DNA of 64,000 bases from Yuukianura sp. NJ FZ-2021 (taxonomy: Eukaryota). Shown one piece after another: positions 15,201-27,701 of the stretch. The stretch is from assembly GCA_046563655.1 (NCBI GenBank), contig CM102290.1, forward strand, positions 9,176,001-9,240,000. The letters run 5' to 3'. Positions within the stretch are counted from its first letter, which is position 1, and every line of letters starts with the position of its first letter. A program made the position numbers and the translations under genes. Below the pieces are notes generated by a model that did not search any database, had not been told where the DNA came from, and saw nothing but the letters and a program-made list of their open reading frames with translations.

Positions 15201-18200
15201 TAGAAACTTGTGAGCCAAACTGTATATTTGTCTAAAATTGGAGGATGACATAGGCTTTTAGTAGACCGCCAAAGATGCAGCAGCCAGAGTTGCCAATGTC
15301 TAAAAATATTTAAAAATTTTAGATTTCCTTTAAGCCGTAGTTCGCCTTCCCAAATGCACATTAAGTTTCCTACTGCCCTACATTTTCAAAACATTTTGTT
15401 TTGCGAGACTGAACTTCCAAGAGACTTTTAAACATCGTCGTAGAACAGATTTCAGAGCTTAGGATTTTAGAAAATTCAGTATTTTTTAAAACATTTTTTA
15501 TTTCAAACAATAGTCATGAGCAAATTGAAAATTCAAAGGAGGAATTTTGGAGCAAGAAAGTTAGCGTCCGAGGATGGGGCGACAATTCGCCGAAAAGTGA
15601 CAGTGGGTGCATCACTTTCTCTTTAACACTGCAATTTGTGTTATACTTTGAGTCATCTATCTAACTAGTTGAAATTTAATCTCTAATTAAACTAATTCTA
15701 ATTCTAATCCTCTTACAATTTTTCACTGATTTAGGTCGATGATCTGTACGGAGAAGTTCTTTATGCCATAATTCACACCTTAGGTGACCCCCAACACCAA
15801 CTGGAGGCGGATCCACTTATTTCACATCTCCAGCAAGCATTCCATATTGACAATGACAAGCATCAAAAACTCCTTCAAAATGCCAAAGAAAAAAAGGTAG
15901 TAAATCACAAAAACTATATAATTTTACCAATTTTTACAACTTTTTTTGACCAAATTCGTGTCTGTTACGGGCCGTAATTTTTGCACAGTTTTTTTTAAAG
16001 TTAAAGTTACATAAACCAAAATTTTTTGTTTGCAGCTAAACCTGCTATTGCCGTGATTTTTTTGGAATAATTTTTCGAGTTTAATTTAAAATTTGAAGAC
16101 ATTAGTATAATAACGATACAAACTGCTTTACTTCCAGCGAATTGTTGCAAAAATGCGGCCTTAGTGAGACATTAAGTCAAGGCCAAAGATGTCTTGAGGG
16201 TCCACTATGTTTTATTACGACAGTTTTTGAGAGATCTCAACAAAAGACGTTAATTTTTATAAAAGTCTTTTTTACACGAGGTTTTAACTTACCTAAACAA
16301 CAATTACCAAGCTATTTCAACCACAATTTATGTTAATGCCTCACATAAAAACAGGTTTACATGAATATGAAATTTCAATTGTTTGAAATTCCAGTCGCCT
16401 CCGATGGTGCTCAACATGGAAGTGGTTGAAGCCAAAGGGCTCCACGGAAAAGATGTCAACGGTATAATAAACTGATGTTTCAAAACCAAAATCGATTTCA
16501 AATAACTTTCCAAACAAAACTTATTTTAAAAAACTGATTTGACAGGTCTCAGTGATCCATTTTGTACAATTTACATTTCACAAAAGAACAAATGCAATAC
16601 TTCCATGAAGCCAGAGACTCTGTCTCCCGTTTGGAGGGAATACTTCTCATTGTAATTTCATAAACTATTTTATGTAAATTCAATTAAATTGTGCTCATCT
16701 TAAATGAAATTTAAATTAAACCATTAAATTTGTTTTTTAACAGTCCTGTCACAAGTAAAGAGGAGAGTTTGAGCGTCGAAGTTTGGTAAGTTTGAAAAAG
16801 TTCTCTTTTTTATGAATTCTGTTTTTATTTTAAAATATTACAATTAAAAATTTTGAATTGAAGGGATTATGACCCAGAGGAGAGTGTCAAAGACAAAATG
16901 CGCAGATTCGGAGAGGTGAAATCCACCAAAGGCCTGCGAGTCCTTATGAAAGAGATCACTCTAACAGCAACTACAGGAAAGCAACAGCATGACTTTCTCG
17001 GTTGGATAAAAATTCCACTGAAGGTAACCAGAACCTCCTAAAAAGCACTTGAAAATTCTTCAACACTTGAAAATGACTTCAATCGAAAGTTTTCAAAAAT
17101 CTAAAAATACACTTAAATTTTACACCACTTTTCCTGTCCTACTTTTTAGAGCATACCGCCGGCAGGATTTGATAACTGGTTTAAGCTCGAAGGGCGGAAT
17201 GGAAATAGCGGGAAGAAAGATCGAGGCGAATTGCTGCTGCGCATGGCTATTGGAACGGAGAAGGAAAAGAAAGTTGCTGCGCAGGAGTACCGCCATGTCC
17301 TCCACTTGCTTCTGGTTCATGACCTTGACGAAGAAAATGTCCCTACGTATCAATGGGCAGGTCAATTCAAAAACAAGCACACAGACTACATTCTGAAGCA
17401 ACTGCAGTGGCAAGGGGGACTCACGCCAGTGGACATGGATATGGCCAAATGGTTAGCCTATGCCAGAGTACAATGTGACCATCCTCTCCATCCCAAGATC
17501 TTTCCAGCACTTTTTGAATCTATTGCAAACTACTTGGAAACACAAGCGTCGGACGATGAGGTTAAACGAAACTTTTTCTATGTTTTTGTAAATTTTCAAA
17601 AGTTGTCCAAATTGTTGAAAAGTTTTTTAATCTGTTTGGTCGTAGATTCAAAAATTCTGGGGTTTAACGGAAAAACTCGTCGAAAACTTTGTGAATTATA
17701 TCCGAGCGATTCACCAGTCTTTTCTCAGCAATTCAGACATGTCTTCCCAAGTCTACCACATACTGAAGTATGCTTAATATTTTCAAAATTTTGGAATTTT
17801 AATTTAAAGAGAAAAGTCGTGCTTATGCTTTAAAATGATTTTTTTTCCAGAACATTGGGGCTACTTAAGCAGTTTTTGACAGTTTCCAAAACTTCAACTC
17901 CGAATCTGACTTCAAACGTTACAGCAAACTCCATCGTAGAAAAGATTAAGGACGCTGTATCAATGGGCGCCGCAGATCTGCAAGTTTTTTTTTCATTTTA
18001 CGACTGTCTGAAAAGAAGATCTTAATTTAAATTTAAAATTTTTCCAGGTTTTCCAACATTATTCAACTGGATGACAACGCGGAAGAGAGTCCAGTTGAAA
18101 ACATGATCAAAGTTGGCCAACTCTTGATTGCAGATTTGAGAAAAGGCCTTGACCTTGTGAATCCTTGTTTTGTAGAGTGAGTCTTGTTTTTATGAATTCA

Positions 18201-20806
18201 TCCGGTACCAAAGTGACAAGAGCTGCTAATTACTTGATTAATCTAGTGTCTCTTCATTGTCAAGGCAAAGTCCATGGACTTCATTCTCACTTTTTTGACA
18301 CACGTTTTAATTTTTTAGGCTTGTGGGGGTCGATTACTTTGACGTCACCTACCGCATCTACGATGAGAAGGTAAACATTCCCAATACTTTTAAATTTTAT
18401 TATGTTTTTATATTTATATTTTATTTATACTGATTTTATGTTTAAACGGATTTTTTTTCTATTTGAACACAGTACTGTGCCGTTGTAAAACCAGTTGTGG
18501 AAGCAATGTGCTCCAACCTACGACGACTTGACATTAAGGGTGAAGACGGAATTCCAGAAGATCAAGACATGTCCATGGGAACGTCGTTGTTTGAACTCTA
18601 CTTGGCAGTTCGCCAATTTTCAGAGTGAGATTTGACCGTTCTAGCCATTTAGTTTGCTTAAAATTTACATTCACTTTCTTTTAGTTTATCCGACAACTTG
18701 ACCGGGAAAAGTGACCTTCATATACCCAGTGTATTTCACAATTGGTTTTACGCAAGTGTAGCTCAGTGGTTAGACATTGCCTTCTACAAAGCCATGAACC
18801 GTATCCGGCGTGCAGTTCAAATTGACAACCTCAAGCCAGTCGACAATTTTGTTCAGAGAAGTTCCTCTGCCGTGGATACTGCAAATATTTTCCACCAAGT
18901 AAGACGAGTGAATCTAAAACGTTTGCTTGCACGTTCACATTTTTCGGAATTGTGTTTCCAGATTCAAATATTTTGGAACCAACTTGCCTGGCCTGACGTA
19001 GAGGGCTCGTACACGTTTATTGCAAAAATACTTGACGTAAGAAACAAAATTTTAATTGAAAATCGGTGTCGATGAGTCAAAGTTAAAGTCAAATTTGAAT
19101 TTCTCTCTTAGGATTTGTGTCGGTGTATAATATCTTATGGAGAGTTGATGGGTCGAAAAGTTGAGGAACTCCAAACAAAAAAGCAGCAAACTGCTGCAAA
19201 ATACGAAATTTCAGATGAGGTGCGTGTTTAACTTTTTTTTTGAAAATGTCGGAACGGAAATGTCAAAACTGATTTTTTTAAAACTTTTTTTTAACTTTTA
19301 GTTATGCATTGCTGTTAATAATATTGAGTATGTGTCGCTGGAAATGAAACCGATTTCGGGGAAGCTTGGAACTGAGGCCATACTGCTTGAACTGGAATCA
19401 AGAGACATTCGTGCTGGATCTCAATGCAGACGGACTTTGGAAACTGTGATGGACAATGCAGTTGAAAACATATACAACAAAATTTATGAAATTTTAGAAC
19501 ACGTTGGGGCAAAGGTCGGTCGCTTTGAATTTGTCTGTTTTCACCAATTTGAGAATGAAAATGTTGTTGTTTTTAGATGGAACCTGTCATTTACTGTCTA
19601 TTGCTTGAAGGAGCCGAATCTACAAATGAGGAAGCTGCAGTTGAGAAGCTGATGAAATACTTGGACAAGAGTTTGATCAAAATCAAAAACAAAACTACGC
19701 CGGCTGGATTTGGCAAATTATTTTCAATTATTTTTGAAAATGCTAGCATTGCCCTCAGAGAACTTGTTCGAAACAATATCGAGGTCCGTTAAACTGCTAT
19801 TAAGTTTTTAAGCATTTAGTTTGTTTTTTAACATTGAGAAAAAAAATTTTTTTAAACGTTTTTTTTTATAGAAACGTCGTCCGCCCTCTTTCTTCAAGCA
19901 GATCCATACGATGATGCAAATTATGCTGGACTTTTTCTATCCAGACAAATCTGAGGCCGAAACTGTGATCAAAGGGAGTACTAGCGTTCAGGAAATTTTG
20001 CACTTGCTGGAATTGCATGGTGCCACAACACCAATGTTGATCATGATGTATCAACAGAAACGTTACGAGCATCAAGTACTTCTTCCACAAAAGGCTGCCA
20101 CATTTGGCCTCATCACAATCAGAACTGACTATTGCGAGGATACTCACACCCTACGAATCGAACTCCTCAATGCCAGGAATCTCCGTCCTGCAGACGCCAA
20201 CGGTAATACTTGCCAAATTTTGAAAAAACAAACTTTTTTAAATACTTTTTTTGCAACCAGGACTTTGCGATCCTTATGCCAAAATTCATATCGTACCGGA
20301 TGAGCTTTACACGACTACGCCTAAACATAAAACCAAAGTGAAGAAGAAAACACTTTTTCCCCTCTTTGACGAAACTTTTACTTTGTAAGATCTGCAGAAC
20401 AAAAATCAATCTTTTTGATTTATTTGAAAGTTTTTGGAATGAATCAAATTTGGAATTCCTTTTCATTCAAAATTTAACGTTTTTTAGTTCCTTGTCACCG
20501 AATGAAATGTCTCTTGGCGGATTGATCCGATTCGGGATCAAAGACCATGACCTGTTCGGACGAAATGACTATCTCGGAGAAGTGTATCTTCCTCTATTGG
20601 CAGTTCCATTTACAACATCCGATACGCCATTGAAAAATCTCCCACAAACGCATCTCGTCCTCACGAAACCAACTGACATGAATAACATTGTTCTCCAGAC
20701 GCTCGAAAATCGGATTTGGGACAAAATGGCAACCGACTATGTGAAGAAAGAACGCGCCAAAATAGAAAATGGAACTGGAGAAAAACCAAGCACAACTAGT
20801 TCGTGA
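12285..20806 (+). CDS. BAIAP3: BAI1-associated protein 3 / Munc13-4-like vesicle priming factor (C2A-MUN-C2B), many exons
   Basis: VEADADEEFFEKF; DDLYGEVLYAIIH; C2A LNMEVVEAKGLHGKDVNG|LSDPFC; MUN region MGTSLFELYLAVRQF, FHNWFYASVAQWLDIAFYKAMNRIRRAVQID, SSSAVDT, FWNQLAWPDVEGSYTFIAKILD; C2B LRIELLNARNLRPADANG|LCDPY, IKDHDLFGRNDYLGE. Stop at 20806. The start shown is one of several phase-compatible first exons; the shared core begins at 14555. Confidence 0.9.
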
Positions 20807-22514
20807 TTTTGTTCATCCTGTAGAAACTATTCAAAAAACAATAAACAAACCGAGCCCAGTATCCTCTTTTCAAAACTGTTTCTGTCTTTTTGTTTGTCAT
20901 TCCAAAAGTTCGTAAATACGATGTTAGCCTAGAGTCCCGGTGCTGTTGAAATAAGTTGGAAATATTAGATGACGACTTTTCATAATAAAAGCTAAAATGG
21001 AAGTTGTTAATATCCCAGGTTTATTTTGGTCTCTCTCAACCTTTCACTTTTGAAAAGTGAAAGCATAGCCCTTGGACAATAGACGTTGCTAGGTTTCTTC
21101 CAGAAAGTGAAAGTCTGAAGATTGACTCCTCTGCAGTCGTTATGGTTAACAAAGATGTGGATGAGGCAGTGAAAGGGATGAGCAAGTTACTTTCCAATTC
21201 TATAACTCCATTACGCGTTCCATTTCCTTTATGGATTCCGCTCAACTGGAACGTAGTTAGACGTTCTTTCTGGAAGTTACATAATCTTTACCTTAACTTG
21301 GATTGTTCCAGAAAGGGACATGATGTTAGTAAATTCCTAGTGAAAGGCGGGAAGTAGAGCGGTGAAAGTGGAAATGGAGATGAGAGGAAGAAGAAGCGTC
21401 TTTCCCCTTGCTGAGTGCCTCCAATCAGATTTCATCTTTCCTGACTTTCTCCTACCCTACAATTCTCCTGTTGCTTCTTCATTTCATTGCACGTATCTAA
21501 ACAGCGACACACAGATTTGGGACCAAACAGAGTTCTGCGCCACTCATCCCATTATAGGTGTACAAAATTCCTGCACGAATTCCAAAAACCTCAGCTAACA
21601 GTATTTTTACGGTTTCATCTTAGTAGTAAAAAGTGCTTTAAATCTACTGTTTCAGAAGATCTTTGTCATGCTGCTTACAATACATGATTCAATGTGATTT
21701 TATATAAGACATACCAACAGGTGGTTTGAAAGTAGTATGTTTAAGGCAAAGGAATTAACACGGGTACTTATTTGGTTTAAACCGAAGTTTAGTCCCATTG
21801 CTGACATATTTCAATCATGTGTTCAGACACTGCATAGTTTTAACCGCCAGTTAAAATAATTAACTGAAATTTGGTGGGGTACGGATTGTAGGGCGCAGCA
21901 CTCTAATCTCCCGCCATATGGGTTTGTAATATTTGTATGTATTGGTGTTTTGCCGAGTTGCTCTTCTGGAATGGATAAGGGAAGGAGCATAGTGGTGGGG
22001 TATAGCGCTTCAATAGGAGCGAACTGAAGCATAAGCAACAACGAAGATTCAAGATTCAACCTTGTCCCTCTTCTCATTCAAATATTAAATGCATAACAGA
22101 CACATACGCTCATTATTTAATTCAATTTAAACGTTATTTATTCAAAATTAATTCCCGTATTGACAAAATTAAATAACAAAGTTGAGTGAGTGACATCCAG
22201 TTCAAATCGGAGTACCTTGACCCCGTACCATCAACACTATTTTTCTTTTTTAACCTCACCAGGATACACGACGAGGATCCATCCAAGCCACGACACAGAT
22301 CTAAAACATCAACGTAGTAAGTCCACTTTCTCACCGTTGATCGTGTGACAGGAACAAGATGTGGAGAACAGTCAATCCTCCGACCTGGACGGCCTGCGGC
22401 ACCTTTGAGTAGTTTCCCATCCTTTATTCCTTACTGCAAATTAGTTGCCAAAATTTGATTACAAAACCAGTATCTAAATATGAATTTTTATTTTGTTGCA
22501 GCATTGAGGTTAAA

Positions 22515-25079
22515 ATGGAAGGGATCGGAAGTGGAGATGGAGACCTTGATGGTAAGGTTATAAACAGTTTGTAATTCGAAGTACTAGGTGGTTTAGGTCC
22601 AGTGTTATAAAGATGATGGCTGAGTTGCAGTTTCATTCTGAAGTTCGAATCCACCACCAAACCTCAAGAGTTAGGTTAAAACCTAACCAACCACCTTGGT
22701 GGTTGCATGGGGATTCGAAATCCAGAATGAAACTGCAACTCAACCAAGATGATTAGCTGTTGTTGTCAATGGGCATGTGATGATACGCAGTACTTATTTC
22801 TATGACTAAGTTTTTGGAAAATCATTTGTTTATAGGAACTGGAACTATTGCTGGAAGTGGGGCGAGTAGCGGTGAATTGCAGTGGTGCTTTTCCCAAGTA
22901 AAAGGAGCTTTAGACGACGATGTGACGGAAGGTAAGTAGTAGTCACTAGTCATATGCCTGTCTTCTTGTTAACTTCTTTGATCACTTCTCTCTGAATTTG
23001 ACTTTGACGTTGACTGATTCTTAATATTACGAAATTTACACTGTATCTAATTCTCTTTTCCAGCTGATATTATCTCCTGCGTTGAGTTTAACCACGATGG
23101 GGAGTTTCTGGCGACAGGTGATAAAGGTGGTCGTGTTGTTATATTTCAACGAGATGCCATGGTAAGGCTACTCCTCAATCCTCATCTTCCTCATCAAGAT
23201 GAAGCTGAATATCGGTTTTGTGTTTTTAGTCGAAAAATAGCATTCCGAAACGAGGTGAGTTCAACGTCTATAGTACCTTCCAGAGCCATGAACCTGAATT
23301 TGATTACTTAAAAAGTCTGGAAATTGAGGAGAAGATAAATAAGATAAGATGGTTACGAAGAAAGAATCCTGCCCATTTCCTCCTGTCAACAAATGGTAAG
23401 TTTATACAACAAAGACTGACAATTTACCGGACAACTAATTGCAGTGGAAGTTTCGTCTAATACTTCAACGAGTTCGGGCAAACGAAACTAACTGGTAAAA
23501 ACAATATTCCAGATAAAACGATCAAACTTTGGAAAGTGTCCGAGAAGGAGTGGAGCGTCGAAGGTTTCAACTTAAAGGAAGACAGTGGTGCTGTCCGAGA
23601 TCGTTCTGCTATGAAAGGTCTTCAGGTTCGTAGTTCTAATCTAGTAATTGTAAATAATAAGCACAAGCAGTAAGTACTCGAAGCGAATTTAACTCATATT
23701 CTGTTTCTTTGAAGGTACCAAAAGTCAAAATGTCTCAGCTTATGGTCGAAGCGTCCCTGAGGAGAGTATTTGCCAACGCCCACACCTATCATATAAATTC
23801 AGTTAGCGTTAACTCAGACCAAGAGACGTACCTTTCTGCTGACGATCTCCGCATTAATCTTTGGAACCTCGAGATAACGGATCAGAGTTTTAGTAAGTCT
23901 TCAATCGAACGAACTGAAAATACTATTCTTGCTGTATTTTTTTTACTCAAAACGAATTTCATAACCAAAATCTCAACGAAAATGCCCGGCTATAAGCCTT
24001 AAACTTTGTGAACGCTGGCACAATCATATTTTCAGTTCAAACTTCGTGCGGAAGCAACGCTTTTCACCGATTTTAGATTAAAGTAAAGTCATAAATAACT
24101 AACGGGGTATGTTTTGTTTTCAAACAGACATTGTGGATATAAAACCGACCAATATGGAGGAACTAACGGAAGTGATCACTGCCTCTGAGTTTCACCCATC
24201 AAGTTGCCATTTGTTCGTCTACAGTAGTAGTAAAGGAACGATTAGATTGTGCGATATGAGAGCTGCCGCACTCTGTGACACACATGCTAAGCGTGAGTGA
24301 GGATAAAAAATTAAGCCATGAGTGTCGGATATTTAATCAAAACTAATATAATCCATCTCCCTCTTGTTTAGTGTATGACGAACCCGAGGATCCGACCAAT
24401 AGGAGCTTCTTCTCTGAAATTATATCTAGTATTTCAGATGTTAAATTTTCCCATTCCGGACGATACATGGTGTCCCGAGACTACCTCTCTGTTAAGATTT
24501 GGGATCTTCACATGGAAGCTCGTCCAGTCGAGACGTATCCAGTAAGACTAGAAACCATGGTTTCTGTCCTATTTATTCCTTTCAATTGTGACTCGTTAAT
24601 CCATCACTATGTTTTATTGTTTGTGTTCGGCAGGTCCATGAGTATCTCCGATCTAAACTGTGTTCACTTTACGAAAATGATTGTATTTTTGACAAGTTTG
24701 AGTGTTGCTGGAATGGAAATGACTCAGCTATAATGACTGGATCTTACAATAACTTCTTCCGAATGTTTGATCGCACTTCAAGGAAAGACTACACATTTGA
24801 AGCTTCTCGTGAGGTAGCTCACTCCAAATCTGTCTTGAAGCCCAGAAAAGTAAGAAACGTCCGGAGTTATTTTAAAATCCTAACTGAATTCATGTGTTAT
24901 TGCTTTTACATGATTTGGTTTTTTACTAGGTGAGTATCGGGGCCAAACGGAAGAAGGATGAAATAGGTGTTGACTGTCTAGATTTTTCCAAGAAGATCCT
25001 ACATACGGCATGGCATCCTAAAGAGAATGTCATCGCCGTAGCCGCCACAAATAATCTGTTTCTATTCCAAGAAAAATAG
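22515..25079 (+). CDS. tws: Protein phosphatase 2A 55-kDa regulatory B subunit (B55/PPP2R2, Drosophila twins)
   Basis: [131 protein letters not shown] and [28 protein letters not shown]. The first exon [12 protein letters not shown] (ATG 22515) is in phase 1, matching the next exon. Confidence 0.96.
22618..22745. mobile_element. 128-bp foldback MITE in tws intron 1
   Basis: Long imperfect TIRs GG(C/T)TGAGTTGCAGTTTCATTCTG...; exact 8-bp flanking direct repeat AAGATGAT at 22610-22617 and 22746-22753. Confidence 0.85.
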
Positions 25080-25987
25080 GGCTGATGGGACATTATAGTA
25101 TGAAACTGAGCGCATTAATTGTTGTTTGTTTACATGAACTACTCGCTTCCAATCTGTACCGTCGATTTGTGGTAACTCCTCCTGACAGGGGCATTGCTGA
25201 AGCAGTTGTGAGTTACTAGGGTGACCCCGTTTTAATTGAAATCACAAGCCGCTAATTAATAATTAGGTCTTTTTATATTTTGTAAACCAAGTAAACCTTG
25301 ACTGATGAGTTTCTGAAACCTAGGCATTATCTCCAATAATTTCATCCACAAGGATTGAGGTTACTAACTAAATAAATTGAAACAATTGTACTCCTTTTAA
25401 AGTATAATCTCTGGGACATTTTGTCTGTTATTGTACCTTTCCACTACCTTGTTTTCTCTAACTGAGAACTAAATTACTGCAATTAATAACAAATTAATAG
25501 TGAACTCCCAATTTAAGTCAACCGAAGCCATCCCATCATATCATTATACTCTGAACTGAACGGATGTCAAAGTTCATGACCGTAGTCCATCATACCCTTG
25601 ACTAAATTAGCCCTTGCTCAATGTCAAAGGCAGGTTAATAATTTATGATGTTACTCGTAACTTATCTACAAGGATTCACAACAATAAAACTTAAGTTTAC
25701 ACCTTCTACAGAACGTTGTCCCCAAGGTTCGTAAACAAACAAATTGTTTATTCTACACAAGGTTGTCCAATAACTCGAGGTTTTTTAATTTTCTCAAATA
25801 ATTTGCAAAACTTGTGTCGCCGTGCCTTTTTATGGTAATGATTTGTATGTAATTTAATAGGAATTGGGGGGAAAATTGTTTGCAGAAAGATTTTTTGCAA
25901 ACCCCGAGTTATTGGACAACATGTTGTAGGAAATACAATTTGATGTATTTCGGTTATCAAGGCACCTTGGTTGTTCCCGTATTCTGT

Positions 25988-27142
25988 TCATTCATGGGAT
26001 CCACAACTCTTTGCGTCCGTCTTGTGTCCGGTCGTCTGTCGAAGTCCTTCAATTCCATTCAGAATCGCTTTGATCGCTTCCATCCCTTCTACTGACAGGC
26101 CTTGTTCCCTGGAAAATATTGCCCAGTCGGGTGCTACACTTCCGTTCAAGTCGCAATCCACCGTCAACATCCAGTCGTACTCACTCATGGAATTGAGGCT
26201 TCCCGTGGCAACAATTGACGTGAGTGTGTCCTCTACATGCATAAAATATTCCCAATTTTTTCAAAATGTAAATCGTTCATTTTTGAAAATAGGTTTACGC
26301 CAGTAACCCTATTGTTGCTGGATGAATAAAAATGTTTCTTCCACTCTCCTCGAAAGTGGTGGATATATCCGGATTTTATTGGTTTCTTCCGGATGAAACT
26401 CAATTTCGTCCATCGAAAACTGGATTTTATCCGGATTTATCCATTGGATATCACCAGCACGAAATGCTAAAAATGGATATCCAGCAACGCTGGTTTACGC
26501 ACCTCCATTTGGCCAACTGATGACCCATTTGCTCGTTCCAGGATGGACGGCGTCGGCAAGAAGAGCAGCTTGGACGGTCGTTGATTTGTTTTTGTGCGTC
26601 AAGTCAATATTGAGCGTTAAATCTTCTGGACCTGGTTGTAAGTCGAGAACAATACACTCCGGACGGGTCATCATTGCAGAAACATTGTCACCTTTCCCAT
26701 ACAGAGAGGTCATCCAAAGAGAAAATGCAGAGTCCGACGCCTCTTGAGGGTACCACTTTCCATGCAGCTATTTTCAGTTACATAAAAACAAAATTTTGAA
26801 AACCTTACAAATAAAATTATCTCGAAAACGACAAGTTACCCGAGCCAGGTCCAAATTCAACCGAATTGCAGTAGCTCCACATTTTGGTTTCTTAGAGCTG
26901 GACACTTCTGGCGGCACATCGCGAACTGGACGCTGATGCTGCTGCTGGTCTTCAACTTCGTTCGCCCGTACTCCGCGCATCGAAACCAGAATCATGAACA
27001 GGAAGTAAAGAATGCCTAGAAAGCTGAGAATCGAGTGCAGATATGAACATGTCTCCATGACGATATTTTGAATCAGAAGCCAGGTTATACCGAATGGAAC
27101 GTCCTCACTGCCGCCGCTGGAGTCGGTACTGATTTGCGCCAT
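25988..27142 (-). CDS. Secreted lipocalin, apolipoprotein D / bilin-binding protein-like (3 exons)
   Basis: Hydrophobic signal segment; spliced SCR1 motif KCGATAIRLNLDLAR|LHGKWY; SCR3-like WAIFSRE; four cysteines spaced as in ApoD-type lipocalins, including one near the C-terminus. Both introns preserve the frame. Confidence 0.75.
26301..26492. mobile_element. hAT-type MITE in lipocalin intron 2
   Basis: CAG...TGTTGCTGGAT / ATCCAGCAACGCTG termini (the left end carries a short insertion), internal GGAT/ATCC repeats, and an 8-bp TSD GTTTACGC at 26293-26300 and 26493-26500. Confidence 0.7.
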
Positions 27143-27701
27143 TTTGTATGTAGGTTGCTAATTTGCTTAAATCGATGAGTTGTTAACGAGATTAATGACT
27201 CCAATTAGGATTTAGGCAAGAACAATTGTTTCCTTATATAATTTTCCGTTGAGGCGTACAATTCCAAACAGAATCTGGAGAGTATCTTAACGTCACTTTG
27301 GTTTATCATTCTAGATTTTATTTCCTATTGTTAATTTTCAAAGAAAACTTTATTTCATAAAGTGTTTACTGCATGTGTCTCACTGGCACCATAATTTTGT
27401 CACCTTTGTGCGCAAAAGTTAAACAAAGCTAAGCATTAATACATTTACTACCGGAAAGTTTTTATGTTAAGGATCGGTATGAATAGAGAAAATCCGCCTG
27501 GAACAGGATCGTTTGTTTTGAAAGTCAGAATAGAACAGAATTCTAAGAATTTCTATTTTAGTTTTATGAATTGGTTTAGAATTCGATTAAATGGAAGACA
27601 GTTCAGTTTATTTCCGCTTTCTGCTGAATTCCCGCTTTAAGGCGGCACTGATATGGCATTAATTGCATTGCGGAATGAAAAGTGCTGGAGCCATTTTAAT
27701 G

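Noticed and set aside
21590..21680. C/D box snoRNA on the minus strand
   Set aside because: CTGA boxes are present, but there is no proper RUGAUGA C box, terminal stem or recognisable rRNA-antisense element.
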